This document shows positions 25,490-37,239 of a stretch of 64,000 nt of DNA, piece by piece. Location of the stretch: the NCBI RefSeq assembly GCF_004010195.1, contig NC_057719.1, positions 59,965,410 through 60,029,409 of the forward strand. Reading direction: 5' to 3'. The notes beneath the pieces were generated by a model. The model ran no database searches. It saw nothing but the letters and a program-made list of their open reading frames with translations, and was not told where the DNA came from. The stretch's first letter is position 1, and each line of letters opens with the position of its first letter. Both the position numbers and the translations under genes were made by a program. This stretch comes from Chiloscyllium plagiosum. Lineage: Eukaryota.

Positions 25490-27190
25490 ATACCTGTATT
25501 ATTCCCATAATACCTAATTCCCCTACATGCAAAAACCCATCCAACTGTGCCTTGAATATATTTAATGAAGCTGCCTCTACTGCTTTCTTGGGCAGAGAAT
25601 TCCATAGATTTACTAGTGCCTGGGAAAAGCAGTTCCTCCTCATCTCTGACCTAAATCTACTCTCCTCATTTTGAGGCAATGTCCCCTAGTCATTGTCTCA
25701 CCTACCAGCAGAAAGAATTTGCCTCCTCCTATCTTATCTATCCCTTTCATAATTTTATATGTTTCTATAAGATCCCCTCTCATTCTTCTAAATTCTAGCA
25801 AGTACAGTTCCAGGCGGCTCAACCCCTTCTCATAGGGTAACCCCCTCCTGTCCAGAATCAACCTCCTCTGATGAACCTCCTCGGGACTGCCTCAGGCAGT
25901 ATATCCTTCCTCAAGTAAGGAGACCAGAACTGCACACAATACTCCAGGTGTGGCCTCACCGACACCTTGTACTTTGCAATAGAACCTCCCTGCTCTTAAA
26001 TGGAATCTCTCTAGCAATGAAAACCAATATTCTGCTTGCCTTCCTGATTACCTGTTGCACCTGCAAATCACCTTTTAGTGATTCATGTTACAAGCACTCC
26101 TCAGTCCTTCTGCAAAACAGCATGCTGCAATCTTATACTACTTAAATAATTCTCTGACCTTAAATAATTTTTACTTCCAAAGTGGATAACCTCACAATTT
26201 CCAACCTTGTACTCTCTTCCAGACCCTTGCCCACTAACTTAACCTACCTAAATCTCTCTGCAGACCCATCACATCCTCTGCACAGTTTGCCTTTCCACTC
26301 AAGTTACTGTCATCAGCAAACTTGGATATATTACACTTGGTCTCCTCTTCCAAATCATTTATATATATCATGAACAGTTGCGGGCTGTACAATGACCCCT
26401 GCGGCACACCGCTCATCACTGATCTCCAACCAGAGAAACACCCATTTATTTCAACTCTGTTTTCTATTGTTTAATCAGTCCTCTATCCATGCTAGTATAT
26501 ACCCCACAACTTCACGCATTCTTAATTTGTGGATGAGTCTTTTATGTGGCATCTTATCAAAGACCTTCTGGAAATCCAAGTATACAACATCCATCTCTTC
26601 AGCTTCATCCAAAACGCTTGTTGCATCCTCAAGAACTCCAGTAAGTTTGTCAAATACGACCTTCCCTTCCTGAATCCATGCTGTGTCTGCCTGATGAAAC
26701 CCTTTCCTTCCAGATGTTTCACTATTTCTTCTTTAATGATAACCTGCAGCATTTTCCCAACTACAGATGAGGAACCTTGTTGAATGCCTTAACTGAAGTC
26801 GATATACATCATATCCACCACTCTGCCCTAATCAATCATCTTCATTACTTCAAGTTGGTGAAACACAACTTTTGCAAAGCCAAGTATCCCTAATCTGTCC
26901 TAGCCTCTCCAAATACATGTAAATCCTGTCCCTCAGGATTTCGTCCAACAACCTGCCCACTACTGAGGCCAGGCTCACGAGTCTATAGTTCTCTTACCAC
27001 CTTCCTTAAATAACGGCACCACATTAGCCATACTCCAGTCTTTTGGCACCTAATTCATGGCTATCACTGATACAATAGCTCAACAAGGGGCCCATTAATC
27101 ACTTACCTAGTTCCCCATGGAGTTCTAGGATACACTTAATCAGTTCCCGGGGACTTATCTATCTTCATGCGTTTAAGGCATCCAGCACCA
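25490..27190 (-). mobile_element. CR1 LINE fragments (at least two joined pieces)
   Basis: QHGFRKGRSYLTNLLEF, SGVPQGS, ISKFADDS and RRMRGDLIETYKIMKG on the minus strand; a second RT piece starts at ~26770. Confidence 0.88.
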
Positions 27191-27249
27191 CTTGATGGGG
27201 GCTTGTACAAGGTTCTCACGTGCATGAAAGAAATAAGTGAAGAAACATT

Positions 27250-27530
27250 ATATCTAATTTGGGGCACTACAAACTAGAAAGGACGTAAAGGTTTTGGAGA
27301 GGGTATAGAAGAAAATTTACTAAAATAGTTTCTGAGATAAAAGATATTTGAATAGATTGGAGAAGTTGTTTGTTTCCTTTAGAGCAAGGAAGGCTACAAG
27401 GAGATTTAATAAGAGCCTTTATCATTGTGAAGCATTTAAGCAGGATAACAAAATTAGTTTGAAGGCTGAAACCAGAGGGCAAATTTAACATGATAAGCAA
27501 AATAGCTTGTTAAAATCTTTTTTACACGCA
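27250..27530 (+). mobile_element. Old CR1 fragment
   Basis: ttggagagggtatagaagaaaatttactaaaat...gagcaaggaaggctacaaggagatttaata is a decayed LERVQRRFT...RRLRGDL region. Confidence 0.6.
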
Positions 27531-29662
27531 ATAATAAATTGCAATTCCTGTTAAGTCAGTAGAAACACATTTAACAAGAGAACATTCGGTAGGGCATGCT
27601 GTCGTGTTGAGTTCAAGTGATTATGCTGTATTAAAGCCTCCTTGAGGTTTTTTCCCAGCCTGGTTGATGTTCTGTACTTATAATGCTGAAAAAGTATGTT
27701 AAGAGCTTTCCTTTCACAGAGATGACTTCGAGCTAACCCATGTGCGTAATCTGCTCTAAAAATGCTGTTCATATTTTAATGGCTGTGACAAATTCCTTCA
27801 CAGCAATTGAGACAATACACAAAGTTATAAATAAAATTCACCCCATTCTTTAGAAAAAAAACATTTAGACCAATTTCCCAATAACATTTTAAAAGAAAAA
27901 CCTAGGTTTTGATTGTTGAAACTAATTGATTCATTTTTGAGATGTATTTTCGAACTTAGACTAACAAGTGTTAGAAAATCTTAACTGTTCCAACTTTTAG
28001 TGACAAATATAATAAATGCTTACAAGAGGAAACTAAAGCCACACCTAAAAGGAATTTCATGGATATACTGAAAGAGCAGGTTGGTGGAACTACGTGCATT
28101 ACTCTTGGAGGAACTGTTACAAGCTCTATACTGCACTACTAAAATACAAGAGAAAAGTCTTCCTCACAAGTGAAATGTGCAATTTGCAGTCCTTATTTAT
28201 TCATGCATTCATTCTGATATACTAAAGTAGTTTTTGTTGGTGTGAATGTTCTCTAATATAGTGCTGCAAAATTTCTTTCGTTGCAAAAACATCATTTCAA
28301 TCGTAAGCAGTAAACTGTCTAATTAACTTTCCAAAATGAATGCTGGTGAGCTTTAATACAATGTTAAACTTGCACATCCTGTTTAAAATCCTGGGAGGTT
28401 CATTGATATTTAATTACCAATTATTTGGAAAAAAATAATTGATGTGATTTTCATCAACTTAAAACTCAAAGTTTGAGCAACGTTGTGATAGATTTCAGTG
28501 ATCTATCTGTTAATGGTCATGGGCAAGTGAGTGAAGAATTGCGGTTGAAACAGGAGCAGGTTACAGCATTGAGTTTTAGAATATGCTGAGGTATTGTTTT
28601 CAGAACTCAATATAAAAAGAAAATTAAAATGCTCCTTCAAGCATGGAATGAAAGCAACCACAGTATGTTTTAATTACATCCAATGGTGAGCATTGACACA
28701 AAAATATATTTTTCAATTTACACCTAGTTAATGAGCTAAAACATCCGAGCTCCATGAATTATATAGTATTTTGTAGGTTTATGCTACCAATGAAATTGCT
28801 GTAGAAACAAGCTGTTAAGAAACGCGTTATTTATCAAAATTATAGTTATTCTGATATGTTCTGTTTATTAAATAATCTTTGTTACTTTCAAATGAATAGA
28901 TCCAAAATATTCCTGTGTTGTTTTCACATTATGTTGTGATGCATTGCACAGATTTTCTCTAAATCAATGACCGTCAATCAACACAGCATTATTTTAAAAA
29001 GAACGGATCATCCACTTTGTTGGAATATGTGCTTTCCTGTGACCACTATAATTTCAAATCCCTTCCGTGTTCAGGGTTTATGTGGCTGAGGCCGCCACTA
29101 GTTTATTTCTAAAAGTTACCGTCCATTTTTTTTTGAGATGTTGCACATAATTATCCTAGTTCATCCAGATTGTTATAACATCAAATTATTAAATTTCTCA
29201 GGCAATCTAAGGGTTATCCACCAAAGCATAATGTAATTTAGAAATTTAAAAAAAAATACATTTGACTTGCAATGCAGTCCAGTTAGCATAAACAGTTAAA
29301 TCAGGCTGTTACGTCTTACAGCCAGTATGTTAGTAAATCTTTACGAGACATCCTCCAATATCATCGCTGTCACCAAAGGACATACAGATCTCATTATCCA
29401 CTGTGCCTCAGATCATTTGCATGATACTACTGGAAGCATGCTGTTCTTTGTAGTCTACTAGTTTAACGTTAGCCCAGGCACTTAAGTATCTGAAGAATGT
29501 AGGTTGTACTGAATGTAGGCTGAACCATAAGAAATGTCTGTTGGATTTTTCAATTCAATGATATACGCAACCAGTTTCTTATGTTATGAAGGATAATATA
29601 AACATTGCTATATCTCATAAAACAGGTGTCTGGAATCAAACATGCCATAGTAATAGCAATGG

Positions 29663-29759
29663 GAGAAAGTGAGGACTAGCCTTATGCCTGAAACATTGAT
29701 TCTCCTGCTCTTCGGATGCTGCCTGACTGGCTGTGCTTTTCCAGCACCACACTTTTTGA
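29663..29759. mobile_element. Truncated family A Penelope-derived mini-element
   Basis: gagaaagtgaggact joined to the PLE tail. Flanked by catagtaatagcaatgg (29646-29662) and catagtaacagcagtgg (29760-29776). Confidence 0.85.
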
Positions 29760-30264
29760 CATAGTAACAGCAGTGGCCATCTATAAAAGAAGATTCCAAA
29801 AATTTTAGGTAGATATTTAGAAATCTAATTGAAGACCAACTGGATTTCTGACAAAGGGACACTTTCAGCCATACAGATCAATAGATAGGGCATTAACATT
29901 TAGGAAGTCAGAACTAATTTATTTTTGAATATAGTATAAGTTCTTTCAAGATGCATACATTTCTAGGAGTGCCTTATCTAAAAATGAAAAATGTTGAAAT
30001 TGCATGTAATGTAATGCAACACAACTTTTACATTATGTAATAGCAACATTAAAGGCTATAAATCTGTGCTGAAGCACAGTTACCTACCTTTTCCTCTCTT
30101 TAAAACAAAACATCAACTGTCTACCAGTTAAGTGGTACTAAAACATGCTCAAAACTGTTATTAGAAGAAAATGCAACTTAAAAACATCAAAAAGCCTTTT
30201 GCATTAAAAGGTTTATGTGCCCACATGTCAGTCAGTTCTACTTTTTTTATCCAAATTGGCACTG

Positions 30265-30590
30265 AGGGCAGGGAGTAAGTGAGGGAATGAGGAGGAAGTG
30301 AAGGCAGGAAGTGAAGGAGGGAATCAGTGGAGAATTGAGAGTAGGGAGTGGGAGTGAGGTCTGAGAGATGGGAAGGAGGGGTGTAAGCAAGTGATGGATT
30401 GGGGTGTAGGAAAGAAGGGCAAGGAATGGGGTGAGTGAGGGTAGGGGATGGAGTGAGAATAGTTGGGAGGGAGTGGGAGCAATGGGTGAGGAAATGAGCA
30501 TTGCAGTTCTGAGGAAGTGAGGGTAAGTGGGAGGGGAAAGAAGGATTTGGGGATAAAAAAAACAGCAGTGATGGGGAAGGGTGGATGGGC
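30265..30590 (+). repeat. Purine-rich (G/A) low-complexity tract
   Basis: Repeated ggga/gagtg/gaagg units with strong strand asymmetry. Confidence 0.7.
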
Positions 30591-30689
30591 TCACCCCTGC
30601 TCAGATTATTTATCTGACCCCTTTACAGCTGCCTTCTTAATCCCCTTTCACTGCTCACAGCAATAACCTCAAATGTTGATAGTAAACGA

Positions 30690-33490
30690 TTCAGTGGTAC
30701 TGATGCCATTGAATGTCATGAGGAGATTTTGAGATTTTCTCTTTTTGTAGATAGTTATTGTTTGGCACTTGCATGGCACAATGCTACTTACCAGTTATCA
30801 GCCCAAGCCTGAGTGTTGCCTACATATTATTGTATTTGAACACCCCGGGACATAGATCCCAGCCCTGCTGTGCCGTGACTATTCCCCCAGACTTACCTCC
30901 TCACTGAGGATGAATGTTCAGTCCTCAGCAAAGGCCTCATCTTCATCCCTCTATTTTGCCAGATTAATGTGTTCGACACGCGTTGCAACCTTGAATATTC
31001 TTCCGCTGCCTCTGTCTCCAGAGCAACTTTTTCAATCAAGACTCCGCCCACCTATACGAGGACCCTTTCTCTCACCTCCAACACACCCCATCCACCTGGA
31101 CACCCCGTACTGGCCTGTTACCTGCCCTCAATCTCTTCATTCCTAACAGCTGTTGTGGCATAGTTTGCCTCAACCTGTCCACCCCTCCCATCCTTTCCAA
31201 CCTCCCACCCTCATCGCACAGCCTTCCACGCCTTCCGTTGCAATCCCAACCTCACTATCAAACCTGCAGACTGGGGGGAGGGGGAACGCTGTGGTAGTTT
31301 GGCACACTGAACTCTACACCGCTGAAGCCAGGTGCCAACTCGCAGACACCTCCTTCTACTGCCCCCTTCGACCACGACCTCACTTCCCATCATCTCCCAG
31401 GTCATTCACAACCTCATCACCTCTGGGAATCTCCCAATCACAGCCTCCAACCTCATTGTCTGTTAACTCTGCACTGCCCGATTCTATCTCCTACCCAAAA
31501 TTCACAAACTTGACTTCCCTGGTCAACCAATTGTCTCAGCCTGCTCCTGTCCGACTGAACTTATCGCTATATATCTTGACACCATCATGTTCCCCCTTAG
31601 TCCAGGAACTCTCCACCTACATTTGGGACACCACCCACACCCTTCACCTCCACCAAGAATTTAATTTCCCCAGCCCCCAGTGCCTCATCTTCACCATGGA
31701 CATCCAGTCCCTGTACACATCCATCCGCCATGACAAAGGCCTCCAAGCCCTCCGTTTCTTCCTCTAACACCATCCCAACCAATATCCTTTCACTGACACA
31801 CTCATCCACCTGGCAGAACTGGTCCTCACCCTTAACAACTTCTCCTTTCAATTCTCCCACTTCCTCCAAACCAAAGGGGTAGCAATGGGCACCCGCATGG
31901 GACCCAACTATGCCTGCCTGTTTGTCAGATATGTGGAACAGTCCATCTTCCACAGCTACACTGGCACCACCTCCCACCTGTTCCTCTGTGACATTGATGA
32001 CTGTATCGGCGCTACCTCGTGCTCCCTCGGGGAGGGTGAACAGTTCATCAAATTCATTAACACCTTTCACCCCAGCCTCAAGTTCACCTGGACCATCTCA
32101 GACACCTCCCTCCCCTTCCTGGACCTCTCCAACTCCATATCCAGTGACTGACTAACCACGGACATCTACTACAAACCCACCATTGCTACCGAGACTACAC
32201 CTCTTTCCACCCTACCTCCTGTAAAAATGCCATCCCTTATTCTCAATTCTTCCACCTCTGCTGCATCTGCTCTTAGGGTGACCAATTCCACCTTAGAAAA
32301 TCCCAGATGACCTCCTTTTTCCAAGATCATAATTTCCCTTCCCACGTGGTCGACAATGCCCTACAGAGCATCTCCTCCACTTCCTGCACCTCTGCCCTTG
32401 AACTCCACCCCTCCCAACACAACAACTGGTCCTCACCTTCCACCCTACCAATCTCCACATACATCGCACTACCCTCCGCCATTTCTGCCACCTGCAAACG
32501 GTTCCCACCACCAGATATAGTTTTCCCTCCCCACCCCATTAGCGCTCCAGAGAGATCATTCCCTCCGTGACTCCCTTGTCAGATTCATGGCCCCCACCCG
32601 ACTCCCGGCACCTTCCCTTGCACCTCAGGAAGTGCAAAACCTGTGCACACACCACCCCTACCCCCCTCCCCCCTCATCTCCGTCCAAGGCCCCAAGGATC
32701 CTTTCACATCCAATAGAAATTTACCTGTACCTCCATCAAGGTCATCTACTATATCCATTGCACCCGATGTGGTCTCCTCTGCATCGAGGAGACAGTACGC
32801 CAACTTGAGGATTGTTTCAGAGGACATTCTGGGACACCTGCACCAACCGATCCACCGCCCTGTAGCTGAACACTTCAACACCCCCTCCCAATCTGACAAG
32901 GACATCCAAATCCTGGGCCTCCTCCACCGTCGAACCGTTACCGCTGGATGCCTGGAGGAAGAACTCCTCATATTCCGCCTTCGGACCCTGCAACTACACG
33001 GGATAAATGTGGCTTTCACCAGTTTCCTCATTTCTTCTCCTTGCACATTATTCCAGTCCCAAGCCTCCAACTCAGCACTGACCTCCTGACCTATCCATCA
33101 CCTTTCCCATCCATCTACTCCACCCTCCTCTCCAACCAATCACCTTCTCTCCACCTTCATCTACCTAATGCATTCTCAGCTACCTTCCCCCCAACCCCAC
33201 CCCCTCCCGTTTATCTCTGAGTCCCCTAGCCCATAAGCCTTATTCCTGATGAAGGGCTTATTCCCGTAACGTCAATTTTCCTACTCTTCGGATGCTGCCT
33301 GATCTGCTGTGCTTTTCCAGCACACACTCTCGACTCTGCATTTGAACACAGACTGTTTCAGTATCTGAGCAGCAATGAGATGTAAGAGGTACTGAACGTT
33401 GTGCAATCATCAGTGAACATCCCTAATGCTGACCTTATGATTAAAGAATATTAATGATGAAGCAGCTGAAGATGTTTGGACCTAAGACCC
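30690..33490 (-). mobile_element. Old CR1/L2-group LINE fragment split by the Penelope element (pieces 30690-30843 and 33337-33490)
   Basis: Right piece on the minus strand reads LGPNIFSCFI...GMFTDDCT (RT core). Left piece matches the 18.2-18.3k LINE. Confidence 0.65.
30844..33336 (+). mobile_element. Penelope-like retroelement, 5'-truncated and decayed (RT + GIY-YIG + hammerhead-bearing tail)
   Basis: FTMDIQSLYTSI, GVAMGTRMGPNYACLF, DIDD, LPFLDL and VAEHFN...LEEELLIFRLRTLQLHGIN. Tail CTGATGA-AGGGCTTATTCCC-GTAACGTC at 33246-33273. Flanks tgtatttgaacac / tgcatttgaacac. Confidence 0.93.
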
Positions 33491-33649
33491 TCATAGCACA
33501 ATGGAAGCCTGGTTCAAGTCCTATCTGTTCCAAAGGTGAGGAATCCTTGAACAGACTGAAGAGAATATTGACCCTATGGAATTGGGAGCATGGATGGCTC
33601 GTTAGAGCATTAGGTTAGAGGGTCCACGTTCAAGTCATGTCTGCTGTCA

Positions 33650-33762
33650 GCGCCCTGCAGGTGCAGGGGTAGTGTCCATATTCTGGACCAGGAGGCTTGG
33701 ATTCATGCCCTATTTGCTCCAGCGGTGTACAGTAGTATCTCTGAACAGGTTGATTAGAAAAC
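33650..33762 (+). repeat. Short tRNA-like SINE remnant
   Basis: ggtgcaggggtagtgtcc...ggattcatgccc resembles decayed A/B boxes; a second partial head lies at ~33495-33535. Confidence 0.4.
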
Positions 33763-34164
33763 ATCTTATCCTGAGGAACAGGATAATCTGAGGCATCCAT
33801 CCTGATCTTAAGAAAGCACACATACCTTTCTTGCAAAATACTATTTTTGTAAAATAATAAGGCACATAAATTTTGACTGTGACATTAGTCAGAATAGCTA
33901 CAGCTGCATTTTTTTTATATGTGAGCTCAGCATTTCCTAGATTCCTGGAAGAAGTCACAAGGCAGTTGGGAGGGGACACGCTTTGTTCCCCCAGTGATCT
34001 GATTGGAATGCTAAGTGTACTAAACACTTGGACAACATGGAAGTATTCATAATTATGGATGGGAATCTGGACAAAGCACACATGTATGTCACTAATGAAT
34101 TTGTTAGTGAATCAAAGCTCTTCTTGTTTAAAAATAGTTCTGGTTGCTGATGGTGAGTGAAAGG

Positions 34165-34605
34165 ACATGCATTTAAACAGCACCTTTCACAAACACTAGA
34201 TATCAAGGCACTTTTCAGGCAATGAAATACTTTTTGAATTGTATTACTGTTAAAATGTAGGACACATGGTAGGCAACTTGCACATAGCAAGCGTTCAAAT
34301 ACTAAAGTGATGATAAATCTGCTTTTGAAATATTCATTGAGGAATAAACATTATCCAGCTGACTGATTCCAACTGAGGTAACTCGCTGGCTCTATTTTCT
34401 AAATAGTGCCATGAAATGTTATACACCAACATGAATGGGCAGAAGAGATCTCTTTTAATATCTCATCCACATCACTCTGAGAGGGCAGCACTCATTTAGA
34501 ATAGGACTAGGGTGTCAGCTTTGTGTTCATGAACTTGGAGCGGGGATTAAATCCAAAACCTTGTGACTCAGGCAAGAATAGCACTAACTTATATGGCTGA
34601 TATAG
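34165..34605 (-). mobile_element. DeuSINE-superfamily (SacSINE1/AmnSINE1-like) SINE, decayed
   Basis: aaatagtgccatg...tttaatatctcatcc...gcagcactc...gtgtcagc resembles the reverse Deu domain, with a tRNA-like head at ~34540-34600. A possible second fragment lies at ~18370-18555. Confidence 0.6.
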
Positions 34606-34789
34606 CAAACGCATGAACTCAGCAGGGTAGGCACATTCTTGTGCTCTTCTTGATTACCATCGCCTTGGAGGCTGACAATCAGCTATTGACGCTACGAGTA
34701 GTTTAAAGAGGTGGAGGGTCATAATAACACATGCAGTACATATCCTGATATTGGGCTGCAATTCCTGCTATAAGAAGTTCAGGTATGAT

Positions 34790-34890
34790 AAATGCAAGAT
34801 ATTTCAGATCTGAAATAAAACAGGAAGTCCTGGAGAAAACTCACTTGGTCTGACAGTAACTACGGAAAAAGTAACTGAGTTAATGTTGAT
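34790..34890 (-). mobile_element. Degenerate family B Penelope tail
   Basis: tctgaaataaaacaggaagtcctggagaaaactc...gagttaatgtt resembles the copies at 7.2k and 17.0k. Confidence 0.5.
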
Positions 34891-35873
34891 ATTGATTCTT
34901 CAAGTATGATGTTGACTTCCAAACCACTGTATGGTACTTCCTGCACCCTTCTCCAGCAGCAAGCATCCTTGATGTCTTCCTTGCTGCTACTCTTTCTGAC
35001 TTGGTGGGGGCTCATCACTAAGCCATGAACATCTCAATGTTCAGCACTTGAGAACAAGCAAATGGAATAAAGAAGTTCTTGTTTTCCATAAATTCACTCC
35101 ATTAAAATATCTCAGAGAAATATTTGCCAAAGCTGCCAGAAATTTGACTAAGACGTACCTTGGAAACAAACATGATTAAGTAGAAACTTACTTTAATAGA
35201 CTTGAAGATCTGACTAGATACTGCTTGTGAAGTCTGTCCCAGCACTAATTGCTGGGCAAGTTTAGGACATGGTTTTTATGGCACACATGGTCATTAATTT
35301 CATAAAACATCTCTAAAATTTGAATATAATGTCCATATTCAGATGGCTGTCAGGATGCCTATTAAGTGTCCAAACCAATGGTATCAGCTTCATTTCCATT
35401 TTTATTCTGCTGTGGGATATTGACTTGTTTTGGATTGGGAAAACTTGCAAAATACATATCCAATGTACTTATGGAAGATGCATAGCTCAATAGGAGGGGA
35501 CGCATCATGCATGATGTTAATGTATCTGGAGACAGTGCTATTTCCTTGTAACTGAGAGTTTAAAAATCAGAATGACTACCTCTCAGCATCTCAAATTGAT
35601 ATCTGAAGTGCAGGTAATGTTCCATTGAGATTGGTCCGAAGTGTAGTGGAATGGTAACAGCTATTATACCTCACTGATGCAGTGCTGGAAATCAAACTCA
35701 GATATTTCTGGAGTTGTCACAGAAATGAGAAATGCCCCCAATTTCCCTGTCAGATAGGTACAGACGACAGAAAACAAAGACCAGGTTTCTGCACTTAACA
35801 AGAACTACAAATTTAAACCACAAGTAGACAATTTGGAACCAGCAATATATAACTCAACTAGTTAAAATTCAAA

Positions 35874-36050
35874 TTCTGGATCAGTGGTGCTGGAAGAGCA
35901 CAGCAATTCAGGCAGCATCCGAGGACAGGCAATTGAAGTGTTCCGAGGCGGAAGATGAGGCGTTCTTCCTCCAGGCGTCTGGTGGTGAGGGAGCGGCGGT
36001 GGAGGAGGCCCAGCACCTCCATATCCTCGGCAGAGTGGGAGGGGGAGTTG
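35874..36050 (-). mobile_element. Penelope fragment: GIY-YIG C-terminus fused to the element tail
   Basis: NSPSHSAEDMEVLGLLHRRSLTTRRLEEERLIFRLGTLQ joined to ggatgctgcctgaattgctgtgctcttccagcacc. Confidence 0.85.
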
Positions 36051-36099
36051 CCCTTCCAAACCACTTCAATCCCCAAGATACACATGCAGGCACACAAAA

Positions 36100-37225
36100 G
36101 AATGCTAGTGTTATGAAGAGAAAAAACATGGGGAAGCAATTCAATGGCCCCAGTCCACAAGGTTGACTGAGGTGATCTTTTTGCTTGCCAGGACTTGCTG
36201 TTCTTCGTTCTTCAGCTTCTTTTCAGTTCTTCGCAGGAGGCAAGTGGTTTTTTTTCATTGGTTCAAACAAGAGTTTGCAGCAGCTGGTGAGTGAATAAAC
36301 TGGCTTTCTTCAGGTATTTTACTCGAGAGAAAGACATAATATCTGCCCCTTTCAGCAGTCCAAAACTTCTGGCAGTACTGCTCACACCCACAAACTGTTC
36401 AGCTACTCAGGAGCCAATCAGATATTTGTTGCCTGTTAAAGCTAAGAAGGCAGACATAAATAAAGGACAAGCACAGTATTTGAGTTTAGTACAAATAGGT
36501 GACAGGCTACGTACTCTGGGTAGTTAAGTAATATGGAATTGCATTTGAAACAGTTTTAGTATGAGGGAAAATTAAAGCAACTCAATTTTTAAAAGAACTG
36601 TAAGTGGAATTCCAAAGGGAAGAGGGAGTAAAAGAGTTTAGGAAACTAGAATTAGAATTACAAAGGGAAAGAGAATTGAATGAGAATGAACATGAATGTA
36701 ATCTTAAAATACTGCAATTAAAAAAAAAAGACATTAAATGCTGATAATGCCTCCAATGAGTAGAATATTAATCATTACTGAATGTCCAGTAAGGAATTTT
36801 TATATAGAACCCACAAACATCTGAGGAAAAGGATGTGGTTGCAGCTTTCACGTTCTTTGAAAGAAATGAATTAACCAAAAGAACTCTGGATATTGCCAAT
36901 GCAAAGCAAGTTGACAGGTAAAGCACATCAAATTTAGGTTTCACTGTCAGAGGAGGTTTCTAGGGAATTATGACACTTTAACAAGACCTATATTTGGTGC
37001 ATGGTTAGTACTTGAGGATGTAGGCAAAGATTTCAGGATTTAAGGAAACATCCTGGGCAAGCTTTCATTGAGTTTGGAAGGATTAAGACAAGTAATTTTG
37101 ACTTGTGCACATGAGCATTAGAAGTTGAAACCACACATGAAGTCCTGAGAGAGATCATTCTCTTAGAAGAATTTAAAGACTCACTACCCTCTGTAATAAG
37201 AACCCAGGGTGAAGAGCAAAGGGGT
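36100..37225 (+). mobile_element. Decayed Gypsy LTR retrotransposon: possible LTR plus gag with SCAN-like capsid
   Basis: Broken frames read WILPMQSKLTGKAH, RQRFQDLRKHPGQAFIEFGR and HEVLREIILLEEFKDSLPSVIRT. Coiled-coil-like ELELQRERE upstream; possible LTR start tgttatg at ~36109. Confidence 0.65.
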
Positions 37226-37239
37226 GGTCCCTAGCAATG

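Noticed and set aside
30247..30594. 115-aa Pro/Leu/Ser-rich ORF
   Set aside because: It is the translation of a pyrimidine-rich low-complexity strand.
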